The notes beneath the pieces were generated by a model. That model was not told the origin of the DNA, searched no databases, and saw only the letters and a list, made by a program, of their open reading frames with translations. Positions 16,669-24,702 of a stretch of 38,061 nucleotides of DNA are shown in pieces (positions within the stretch are counted from its first letter, which is position 1; each line of letters begins with the position of its first letter). This DNA comes from a virus (Duplodnaviria; Heunggongvirae; Uroviricota; Caudoviricetes). The stretch is taken from IMG/VR virus record IMGVR_UViG_2541047882_000004. One strand, 5' to 3'. The position numbers and the translations under genes are program-made.

Positions 16669-16802
16669 ATCCGCGCCACGCCCGGCGCACATCAAAAACC
16701 ACAGAGCCTTTCAGGGGTGAGCTTACGGGATGGTCAGTGTGACTTTCTCTGTGGGCTGGTCACCCCCGGGCGCAGGCTCACCCACTAAAAGGAAAAGTCA
16801 CG

Positions 16803-17228
16803 ATGTTTGGTATTTTCAAAAAGAAAACCCGCAAGGCCATTACCGAAGTGAAGAAGATGGAGAACCGCGACGCAGTGGAGGCGACCGTCTGGGGTGCGTA
16901 TTCCATTGCATATGCTGACGGCACCTGTGACGCGAAAGAAATCGCAGTACTGGAGAAAACCATTGCAGCACTTCCTGCCTTTGCGCCGTTCTCCGGTGAG
17001 ATTGCACAAATGAGTGCAAATATCCGCGCCCGTTATGAAGCGTCACCTCGTAGTGCGAATGCTCAGGCTTTGCGTGAACTGGCTGATGTGGCAGGAACCG
17101 CCGAAGCGGTTGATGTGCTGTGCCTGTGTCTTGATATTGCTGACCAGGACGGCATTGGTCCGGATGAAGAAGCGCAGCTCAAGAAAATTGCTCAGGCGCT
17201 GCAGTTGCCGCTGGAGCAGTACCTGTGA
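16803..17228 (+). CDS. TerB-like protein
   Basis: 141 aa; paired ADG...D..E...L and IADQDGIGPDEEAQL motifs characteristic of TerB-type domains; AAAAGGAAAAG RBS. Confidence 0.6.
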   Translation: MFGIFKKKTRKAITEVKKMENRDAVEATVWGAYSIAYADGTCDAKEIAVLEKTIAALPAFAPFSGEIAQMSANIRARYEASPRSANAQALRELADVAGTAEAVDVLCLCLDIADQDGIGPDEEAQLKKIAQALQLPLEQYL

Positions 17229-17383
17229 AAAGTGCGCGCCTTGTGCTGGCTGCCATCCTGCTGTTTCTGGTAGTGGTGGTGGATTTTACCGGACGGCTGA
17301 TGTCGGTGCTGGCAGATGGTGTGCTGGTGGCGATGGCGCTGGTCGTGCTCCGGCCTTTATTCCGGAACAAAAACAACGGCTGA
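17225..17383 (+). CDS. Small membrane peptide (52 aa, GTG start)
   Basis: Hand-translated VKSARLVLAAILLFLVVVVDFTGRLMSVLADGVLVAMALVVLRPLFRNKNNG; start overlaps the TerB stop (GTGA); two hydrophobic helices. Confidence 0.35.
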   Translation: MKSARLVLAAILLFLVVVVDFTGRLMSVLADGVLVAMALVVLRPLFRNKNNG

Positions 17384-17390
17384 TTATTTG

Positions 17391-17420
17391 AGCGGGCATT
17401 TAAAGCCCGCTGCATTTTTA
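17391..17420 (+). terminator. Intrinsic terminator between convergent genes
   Basis: Stem AGCGGGC/GCCCGCT (17391-17411) with loop ATTTAAA, then a T-rich tail. Confidence 0.45.
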
Positions 17421-18098
17421 TTGCTGTTGTTCCTTAATGCGTTCCGGTAGCACAAATGCCACTTCAAGGAACAAGCGGAGAAACGCCACAAACTCTTTTG
17501 CCTGCTCATCACTGGCCTCGAGTTCGTGCACAGCTTCATTTCCTTCCATACGGATTCGGTGAGCCCAGTTTCTCATTGATTCCGTCAGTATGCCGTCCTG
17601 CCGTGCCAGTTCAATGCGTGACAGCAGATTGCCTTTTTCGTACCCCAGGGCACGGAGGGCAACCTCGAGGACGCTACGGCAGCCAACAATGATACGCGGG
17701 GCAGTTCTGCCGGACCGAACATCCTCCTGCAACTCAGTGAAGACTGCGCGAATTTTTTCGGGATAGTGGGGGGAGTCATCGGGCAGCCTGAGTTCAGGAT
17801 AGATTTTGATGCTCCCCTCAAGTGGAGCATTCAGCACCCAGGCTTTGTTGTTGATGGCTTTTTTCATGTCCACCAGTTCACTGACTGAACATTCGAATGT
17901 GATCATTAATGGGTTGTTGCATTCTGTGCAAAAGTCCGTTGAGTATGCTTTTGCTGATGTTATTTCAGAAGTACGCGGCTGTTGCACGTAAAGCTTGTTT
18001 TCTGTAGCTGGATGTCTGCTGTGGTACTGGGTGACCTCATTCAGAGAAATATGAACCTGATGAAGGCAGTACGGGCATTTAATTTTCAGGGAGTACAT
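17418..18098 (-). CDS. Zinc-ribbon protein with C-terminal DUF4145-like domain
   Basis: Track ORF 17418..18287 trimmed to ATG 18098 (GAAGAGG RBS); N-terminal CPYC...CTEC zinc-ribbon pattern; C-terminal region recalled as DUF4145-like. The upstream extension is Cys/Arg-rich and not protein-like. Confidence 0.55.
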   Translation of the reverse strand: MYSLKIKCPYCLHQVHISLNEVTQYHSRHPATENKLYVQQPRTSEITSAKAYSTDFCTECNNPLMITFECSVSELVDMKKAINNKAWVLNAPLEGSIKIYPELRLPDDSPHYPEKIRAVFTELQEDVRSGRTAPRIIVGCRSVLEVALRALGYEKGNLLSRIELARQDGILTESMRNWAHRIRMEGNEAVHELEASDEQAKEFVAFLRLFLEVAFVLPERIKEQQQ

Positions 18099-18305
18099 AT
18101 GACCTCTTCGACAGAAGTGATAACTGAATTTGAAAATTGCATAGCAGATTCTGCCATTGATTCTGTAGCAGCGATAGAACGAAGGTTTGCTGCTGCTCAG
18201 ACCCGGTATGGTCATGATGCAGCCGTCAAGGGGCTGGCAATGGCGTTTGTTATTGCAGAGAACCGCCGTCGCTTTATTGAAGCGCAAATGGCACTAAAGC
18301 AATAA
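18099..18305 (+). CDS. Hypothetical small protein (68 aa)
   Basis: Part of track ORF 17982..18305; ATG 18099 has an AGGGAG RBS 6 nt upstream; helical-looking sequence; start abuts the divergent gene start (shared CATATG). Confidence 0.4.
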   Translation: MTSSTEVITEFENCIADSAIDSVAAIERRFAAAQTRYGHDAAVKGLAMAFVIAENRRRFIEAQMALKQ

Positions 18306-18356
18306 ATAGCACCACACAAAAGGCATCTGAGGGTGCTTTTGACGGGGTGTTTTTAT

Positions 18357-18379
18357 GGGCCGCTGGTGGCCCTTTTTTA
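18357..18379 (+). terminator. Intrinsic terminator just upstream of the lysis cassette (possible tR'-like)
   Basis: Stem GGGCC/GGCCC with loop GCTGGT, followed by TTTTTT. Confidence 0.45.
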
Positions 18380-18396
18380 TTTACAGGAGAAAAAGT

Positions 18397-18789
18397 ATGT
18401 CTGAACCCTTGTCCGGTTCCGGCACGGCTGCGGCGCTCGGCGGGGCGACGGTATTCGGGCTGTTTACCGGAACGGATTTCGGGATTGTGTTTGGTGCGTT
18501 CGCCGGGGCGTTATTTGTGGCAACGATGCCGCAGACGCTTTCAGCCTGGCGTGTTGCGGCGCATTTTCTGGTGTCGTTTATCGTGGGCGTACTGGGGGCG
18601 CGCGTGCTGTCAGCCTGGATTGCTGTAAAAACAGGGCATGACGGCACCTCTGCTGATGCGCTGTGTGCTGTGGTGGTGTCTGTATTGTCGGTAAAAGTGC
18701 TGTCCTTTGTGCACAGGCAGGACGTTATATCACTGATGTCCTGTCTGCTCTCCCGCCTGAAGAGTGGAGGAGGCGACAATGTTAAGTAG
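18397..18789 (+). CDS. Putative holin (membrane protein, 131 aa)
   Basis: Track ORF 18355..18789 trimmed to ATG 18397 (AGGAGA RBS); multiple Gly-rich transmembrane segments; first gene of the lysis cassette. Confidence 0.6.
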   Translation: MSEPLSGSGTAAALGGATVFGLFTGTDFGIVFGAFAGALFVATMPQTLSAWRVAAHFLVSFIVGVLGARVLSAWIAVKTGHDGTSADALCAVVVSVLSVKVLSFVHRQDVISLMSCLLSRLKSGGGDNVK

Positions 18790-19054
18790 CCTTCCCGGAT
18801 TGCTGAATGTGGCGTTATGCACGGTTATCGTGCTGACGCTCTTTTTTTATCGTCGCCGTGATTCCAGACATAAACCGCTGATGTCATGGCTGGCCTGGCT
18901 GCTGATGCTGCTTTATGGCTTTGTTCCACTCAGCTATCTGTGTGGTCGCCCGTTAGAAACAGACTGGTTCCAGGTGTTTTTTAACCTGCTGTTCTGCGTG
19001 CTGGTGATACGCGCACGCGGGAACGTCACAAAAATCTTTCCATTGTTGAGGTGA
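18778..19054 (+). CDS. Second lysis-cassette membrane protein (holin or antiholin-like, 92 aa)
   Basis: Track ORF 18764..19054 trimmed to ATG 18778; two or three transmembrane helices; overlaps the holin stop. Confidence 0.5.
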
Positions 19055-19056
19055 AT

Positions 19057-19434
19057 ATGTCGGGTAAATTCAGATTTAGTCGTCGCAGCGAAAAGAATCT
19101 GGAGGGCGTTAAACCACAGCTGGTTGCTGTCGTTCGCCGTGCCCTTGAGCTGACGGAGGTTGATTTCGGTATTACGGAAGGGCTGCGCAGTAAGTATCGC
19201 CAGAAACAGCTGGTCGCAGAAGGTAAGAGCCAGACCATGAACAGCCGCCACCTGACCGGTGATGCGGTGGATGTTGTGGCCTACATTGGCAGCCAGGTGT
19301 CATGGGACTGGCCTCTGTACGAGAAAATCGCGCAGGCATTTAAGCAGGCTGCCGCAGAGCTGGGAACTGCCATCGAATGGGGCGGGGACTGGAAAACGCT
19401 GAAAGACGGGCCTCACTTTCAGTTGAAACGCTGA
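19057..19434 (+). CDS. Endolysin, M15-family peptidase (L-alanyl-D-glutamate peptidase type)
   Basis: Peptidase M15-like pattern (SRHLTGDAVDV... GGDW); start is ATG 19057 or GTG 19051. Confidence 0.75.
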   Translation: MSGKFRFSRRSEKNLEGVKPQLVAVVRRALELTEVDFGITEGLRSKYRQKQLVAEGKSQTMNSRHLTGDAVDVVAYIGSQVSWDWPLYEKIAQAFKQAAAELGTAIEWGGDWKTLKDGPHFQLKR

Positions 19435-19448
19435 TAACCAGGTGTGTT

Positions 19449-19625
19449 ATGAGCAGAAAACACTGGACACACAGAATGCCGCGAACGGCAGCGAAATGGG
19501 TAGCGATACTGGTGCCTTTTTTATTGGTGGGCTGTGTCAGCTTAAATAAGGCGAGCCAGCTTTTCGATACGGCTTCTCAGGTCTGCCAGCTTATCGATGG
19601 CGTTCGGCAGTGTCTGCAGAACTGA
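19449..19625 (+). CDS. Small lipoprotein (58 aa), possible o-spanin-like lysis protein
   Basis: Track ORF 19377..19625 trimmed to ATG 19449; signal peptide with lipobox LVGC; located after the endolysin. Confidence 0.45.
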   Translation: MSRKHWTHRMPRTAAKWVAILVPFLLVGCVSLNKASQLFDTASQVCQLIDGVRQCLQN

Positions 19626-19799
19626 TCATCTGTAATAGCAGAATATTTTGCTGAAAAATGAAGGGTGCGCCAGCGTCCGGAAAGCATGAAATTCTGTGTT
19701 AGTGGCTATTCAATAAAATAAATTCTTTCTGTCGCCGCGAATACTCAAATGTTGATCAGTGCCCGGTGCGGCGACGGGCTTCGATATCAGGAGACGATG

Positions 19800-20097
19800 A
19801 TGGAAAAAAACAGAAAACAAACCGATTGCAATTGGTGCTGATGCTGCTCCGTTTAAGTTTGAGTTGTCTCAACTGGTGGAGATGCGCATCAGTGATGAAT
19901 GGGGTGAGGTTAAAGCTCGTGCGCAGTATGCGGATGGCGAAAACCAGTACTTGATCCACTACAAAGCAGCTGACGGTCGCGCCACGACGGAGTGGTTTGG
20001 TGAGTCAATGCTGGAAGCAACAGAAGATGATCGTCACCCAGGTTGCCCGGTATTTGCTGGTATGGAATTACCGGAAGGTGCAGTCGTTACTGAGTAA
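19800..20097 (+). pseudogene. Frameshifted small ORF (about 98 aa if an A7 run were A6)
   Basis: Strong RBS AGGAGA then ATG 19800; frame 0 stops after 13 codons; the +1 frame remains open to 20097 and is protein-like; the shift maps to the A run at 19804-19810. Confidence 0.35.
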
Positions 20098-20349
20098 CAG
20101 GCATTACAGCAGCTCTTCAGCGAGGGGCTGCGATAATGCAGGTGTTGGAGTGTATGCAAATGATAATCGCTCCCATTTTCACGGGTCCTTCCTGAAATTT
20201 GGAACACCGAGGGGATGCGGATGCGCAGAAATCGCCAAATTTTTGCATTTTCATCGTTCATCACCACCACTGTAATTTATTGATAATGAAAGGTTAAAAA
20301 ATAGCTGGTGTCGAAAATGTTTGTTTTTTGTTCATCACTGGAGGGGTAA

Positions 20350-20850
20350 GTGGATAAGGAATTGAAACACCTTGTTCTTAATGTCAGCCAGTTAGCTGCG
20401 CTGTCGGGTGTGCACCGACAGACTGTCGCATCAAGAATCAAAAATGTCCGAACAGCGGGTGGGCATGAGAGTAACCTCAAGCTGTATAAACTTACTGATA
20501 TTCTGGCAGAGCTAATGAAGTTGCCACCACCTGTCGCTGAAGGGGAAATGGATCCCCATGACCGAAAAGCCTGGTATCAGTCAGAACGGGAACGTCTGAA
20601 ATTCGAACAGGAGGTCGGAGAACTGATCCCTGCGTCTGATGTCGCCCGTGAATTTGCTGAAATGGCAAAGGCTATGGTGCAGGTTCTGGAAACTCTCCCC
20701 GATATTCTTGAACGCGATTGCGCTCTCGAGCCTTCGGCTGTCATGCGGGTGCAAAGCATTATTGATGATTTGCGTGACGAAATTGCGCGGCGGGTGGCAG
20801 ATGACAGCAAACAGGAAGATACAGAGGAGGAAAATCAGGAGGACGAATAA
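20350..20850 (+). CDS. Terminase small subunit (Nu1-like)
   Basis: 166 aa; GTG start with GGAGGGG RBS; N-terminal HTH LNVSQLAALSGVHRQTVASRIK resembles lambda Nu1; acidic C-terminus; directly upstream of the large subunit. Confidence 0.7.
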   Translation: MDKELKHLVLNVSQLAALSGVHRQTVASRIKNVRTAGGHESNLKLYKLTDILAELMKLPPPVAEGEMDPHDRKAWYQSERERLKFEQEVGELIPASDVAREFAEMAKAMVQVLETLPDILERDCALEPSAVMRVQSIIDDLRDEIARRVADDSKQEDTEEENQEDE

Positions 20851-22967
20851 TGCCTGTGCAGGCGACCGCCAGATCGTTGAAACTGGATACGGGCCAGTTA
20901 ATTAAAGCGCCGCGCAGGATGCCTGTTGCCGAAGCGGTACAAAAATTTATGCGAGTCCCTACATCTGGTGGCAACTCTGTTCCGTGGGATCCGCTGGTTG
21001 CACCGTATGTGATTGAACCCATGAACTGCCTGTCGTCCCGTGAGTTTGATGCGGTTGTTTTTGTTGGCCCTGCCCGTACGGGCAAGACTAACGGCCTGAT
21101 TGATGGCTGGGTGGTTTATAACATTGTTTGCGATCCGTCAGACTTTTTGCTGGTGCAGATGACGCAGGATAAGGCGCAGGAGCACTCCAAAAAGCGCCTG
21201 GCAAGAACATTTCGTTGCAGTCCGGAGGTCAGAAAACGCCTCAGCCCACGCCGCAACGATAACAACGTTCATGACAAATATTTTCTGTCAGGAAGCTTTC
21301 TGAAAATCGGCTGGCCCTCCATCAATGTCATGTCATCCTCTGATTTTAAATGTGTGGCGCTGACTGATTACGACCGATTTCCTGAAGATATCGATGGCGA
21401 AGGTGATGGTTTCTCCCTGGCTTCAAAACGTACCACCACATTTATGTCAGCTGGTATGACGCTGGTGGAGAGTTCTCCCGGGCGTGAAATCACAAACAGC
21501 AAATGGCGCAGAACGTCACCGCATGAAGCCCCGCCCACCACGGGGATCCTTTCTCTGTATAACCGTGGCGATCGTCGTCGCTGGTACTGGCCCTGTCCGG
21601 ATTGCGGTGATTATTTCCAGCCATCGATGGAGGCTATGACGGGATATCGTGACAATCCTGATCCTGTAAAAGCCAGTGAAGCGGCTCATATATTGTGTCC
21701 GCATTGTGGCAGTCAAATCACTGCAGATATGAAGCGTGAACTGAATGGTCGCGGCGTCTGGTTGCGTGAAGGTGAGCAGATTGACAGAGAAGGGAATGTT
21801 ACCGGAACGCCACGTCATTCAAGGATAGCCAGCTTCTGGATGGAAGGCCCCGCTGCAGCCTATCAGACCTGGGCGCAACTGGTTTACAAACTACTGACTG
21901 CTGAGCAGGAATATGAAGCCACAGGCAGTGAGGAAACACTGAAGGCGGTGATTAACACCGACTGGGGATTGCCTTATTTGCCTCGTTCCGCCATGGAGTT
22001 GCGCAGTGCAGATGTTCTGATGCAGCGGGCTGAGGATTACGGTAAGCGCCTGGTACCGCCGAAAGTGCGTTTTCTTATTGCGGCTGTGGACGTGCAGGGC
22101 GGGAAGAACCGACGGTTTGTGGTGCAGATTATTGGCTATGGCGAGGACGGCGAACGCTGGCTGGTGGACCGTTATAACATCCGACAGTCATTGCGTTGCG
22201 ATGAAAATGGCGAAGCATTACCTGTGCATCCCGGAGCTTACCCTGAAGACTGGCAGTTGCTGGTCACCGATGTACTGGAGAAAACGTATCCGCTCCAGTC
22301 CGATCCGGCCCGCAGAATGCCTGTACTGGCAATGGCGGTGGACAGTGGTGGTGAGGACGGGGTGACGGATAACGCCTATAAATTCTGGCGAAAATGTCGT
22401 CAGGATGGACTGGGGCGACGGGTTTTTCTGGTAAAGGGAGACAGCACGAAACGCCAGAAAATTATCACCATCACACACCCGGATAATACCGGGCGAAGCG
22501 ATCGCCGTGCGGATGCTCAGGGAAAGGTGCCGGTATATCTCCTGCAGACAGACCTGCTGAAAGATCAACTAAGCAATAACCTGCAACGTGAAATGCCCGG
22601 ACCGGGCTACATTCATTTTCCTGACTGGCTCGGGGAGTGGTTTTATGAAGAGTTGACCTATGAGGAACGCGGTGCTGACGGGAAATGGCGCAAGCCAGGA
22701 AAAGGGAATAACGAAGCATTTGACCTTTTTTGCTATGCCCATGCCGTCGCCATTCTGCGTGGCTATGAAAAAATCCGTGACTGGAACAACCCTCCCCAGT
22801 GGGCAAGAGGGCAGAATGCTGACGCTGGGGCTTCAGCAGACGGACGTTCTTCCGGCACAGTGGACAAGAAAAACGTTGCCGGAAGAGATGAGCGGCAAAA
22901 AGCAGCATCGTCGGAAGCGTTATCCGGAAACTGGTTATCACTACCCCGAAACGGAGGATGGTTGTGA
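20850..22967 (+). CDS. Terminase large subunit (lambda gpA-like)
   Basis: 705 aa; Walker A VGPARTGKT; GGAGGA RBS; start overlaps the small-subunit stop (TAATG). Confidence 0.9.
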   Translation: MPVQATARSLKLDTGQLIKAPRRMPVAEAVQKFMRVPTSGGNSVPWDPLVAPYVIEPMNCLSSREFDAVVFVGPARTGKTNGLIDGWVVYNIVCDPSDFLLVQMTQDKAQEHSKKRLARTFRCSPEVRKRLSPRRNDNNVHDKYFLSGSFLKIGWPSINVMSSSDFKCVALTDYDRFPEDIDGEGDGFSLASKRTTTFMSAGMTLVESSPGREITNSKWRRTSPHEAPPTTGILSLYNRGDRRRWYWPCPDCGDYFQPSMEAMTGYRDNPDPVKASEAAHILCPHCGSQITADMKRELNGRGVWLREGEQIDREGNVTGTPRHSRIASFWMEGPAAAYQTWAQLVYKLLTAEQEYEATGSEETLKAVINTDWGLPYLPRSAMELRSADVLMQRAEDYGKRLVPPKVRFLIAAVDVQGGKNRRFVVQIIGYGEDGERWLVDRYNIRQSLRCDENGEALPVHPGAYPEDWQLLVTDVLEKTYPLQSDPARRMPVLAMAVDSGGEDGVTDNAYKFWRKCRQDGLGRRVFLVKGDSTKRQKIITITHPDNTGRSDRRADAQGKVPVYLLQTDLLKDQLSNNLQREMPGPGYIHFPDWLGEWFYEELTYEERGADGKWRKPGKGNNEAFDLFCYAHAVAILRGYEKIRDWNNPPQWARGQNADAGASADGRSSGTVDKKNVAGRDERQKAASSEALSGNWLSLPRNGGWL

Positions 22968-23182
22968 AAAAAGATGAGATTTTCCAGATGCTGGTTATCG
23001 TGCGTCAGGCATACAGGGATTCCCTGGATGGTAAAAGTGTGTCTTTTACCGGGGTGAATGGCAGGGCGATCACCAACCATGATCCTGTTGCATTGCGCAG
23101 GGAACTTGAATACTGGGAAAAACGCTGGGCGGCGGCCTGCCAGCCCACAAGGAAACCGTACAAACTCGCCCGTTTCTCCTGA
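22964..23182 (+). CDS. Head-tail joining protein (gpW-like)
   Basis: About 72 aa, directly after the terminase and before the portal (lambda W position); GTG start overlaps the terminase stop. Confidence 0.55.
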   Translation: MKKDEIFQMLVIVRQAYRDSLDGKSVSFTGVNGRAITNHDPVALRRELEYWEKRWAAACQPTRKPYKLARFS

Positions 23183-23190
23183 GGTTTTTT

Positions 23191-24702
23191 ATGGGTTTTT
23201 TTGATAAAGCACTTGGTGCAATTGCGCCAGGGTGGGCAGTTTCGCGCGCCAGAAACAAAATGCTGCTGAGAGCTTATGAGGCGGCGCAGCCTTCACGCCT
23301 GAATAAAGCCCGGCGTGAGAGTCGTTCTGCCGATACAGCAGTTTTTTCTGCCGGCACTTCGTTAAGGGAGCAGGCCAGGGCGCTGGATGAAGATCATGAT
23401 ATCGTGATTGGTCTGCTGGATAAGCTGGAAGAGCGGGTTATTGGTGCGCAGGGGATCCAGGTTGAACCACAACCACTGAGAAGCGATGGCACCCTGCATG
23501 AATTGCTGGCAGAGCAGATCTCGGCATTGTGGTCTGAATGGTCTGTTCGCCCTGAGGTCACGGGGATGTTCACTCGCCCGGAGGCCGAACGGATGGCATT
23601 GCGATCTGCTTTGCGTGATGGCGAGATGTTCGTACAACTGGTGCGTGGTCCTGTCGCCGGTCTGAATCATTCCACTGTGGTGCCATTATCACTGGAACTT
23701 CTCGAAGCAGATTTTGTTCCGGTCAGTCTGAACACGAACGCGGGTCAGCAAGTCCGCCAGGGCATTATTCTTAACAACTGGGGGCGGCCTGTAGGGTATC
23801 GGGTTTATAAATACCATCCTGCAAATATGCGTGGATTCAGCGCCGATCTCAAAACTGTTCACGCAGACAACATGCTTCATCTGGCGATGCGGAAACGGCT
23901 TCATCAGGTGAGAGGTGTCAGCCTGTTACATGGTGTGATTCGCCGGATTGCTGATCTGAAAGATTACGAAGAATCAGAGCGTGTGGCTGCCCGTATTGCT
24001 GCCGCGCTGGGTTTCTACATTAAGCGTGGTGATGCCGCCAGCTTTCCGACGGATAACGACTGGACACCCACAGAACAAAAACCCCGGTACTTTGATATTT
24101 CGCCGGGCATGATTTTTGACGAACTGGCCCCCGGTGAAGATCTGGGGATGGTGGAGTCGAATCGTCCGAATGTTCATCTTTATGAATTCCGGAACGGGCA
24201 GTTGCGTGCTGTGGCTGCCGGAACCCGTGGCAGTTATTCCAGTATTGCCCGTGACTATAACGGCTCCTACAGTTCGCAGCGTCAGGAGCTGGTGGAAGGT
24301 TACGAAGGCTACGGGGTTTTACAGCAGTGGTTTGTCGGTCAGTACAGCCGCCCGGTGTACCGGGCATGGCTGGAGCAGGCGATACCTTTTCTTGAAATTC
24401 CTCCTGATGTGGATATGTCCACGCTTTTCAATGCCACTTATCTTGGCCCGGTGATGCCGTGGATTGATCCGGTGAAGGAGGCTGCAGCATGGCGGGCCAT
24501 TCTTCGCGGTGGTGCCGGGACGGAGGCCGAGTGGATACGTGCCCGTGGGCAGTCACCGCAGGAGGTCAAACGTCAGCGACTGCGTGAAACTGAATTTAAC
24601 CGGGAAAACGGGCTGGTGTTCGATTCTGACGCCGCTAACGATAAAGGAGTGATCCCTGATGCAGCAAATGATAAACCCGCGTCTTCGCGGGACGATGATT
24701 AA
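23191..24702 (+). CDS. Portal protein (lambda gpB-like)
   Basis: 503 aa ORF in the portal position with lambda B-like size and sequence character. Confidence 0.85.
   Translation: MGFFDKALGAIAPGWAVSRARNKMLLRAYEAAQPSRLNKARRESRSADTAVFSAGTSLREQARALDEDHDIVIGLLDKLEERVIGAQGIQVEPQPLRSDGTLHELLAEQISALWSEWSVRPEVTGMFTRPEAERMALRSALRDGEMFVQLVRGPVAGLNHSTVVPLSLELLEADFVPVSLNTNAGQQVRQGIILNNWGRPVGYRVYKYHPANMRGFSADLKTVHADNMLHLAMRKRLHQVRGVSLLHGVIRRIADLKDYEESERVAARIAAALGFYIKRGDAASFPTDNDWTPTEQKPRYFDISPGMIFDELAPGEDLGMVESNRPNVHLYEFRNGQLRAVAAGTRGSYSSIARDYNGSYSSQRQELVEGYEGYGVLQQWFVGQYSRPVYRAWLEQAIPFLEIPPDVDMSTLFNATYLGPVMPWIDPVKEAAAWRAILRGGAGTEAEWIRARGQSPQEVKRQRLRETEFNRENGLVFDSDAANDKGVIPDAANDKPASSRDDD

Noticed and set aside
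16441-16788. 115 aa plus-strand ORF downstream of the tRNAs
   Set aside because: It runs through two consecutive intrinsic terminators and has no RBS and odd composition; most likely non-coding.
16338-16800. Shiga-toxin-like or other toxin cargo downstream of the phage tRNAs
   Set aside because: No ORF pair of appropriate size with signal peptides is present; the region is non-coding with terminators.
18099-18287. N-terminal 63 aa extension of the zinc-ribbon/DUF4145-like ORF
   Set aside because: The extension is Cys/Arg-rich and not protein-like, and it overlaps a plus-strand ORF with a good RBS; the internal ATG at 18098 has its own RBS.
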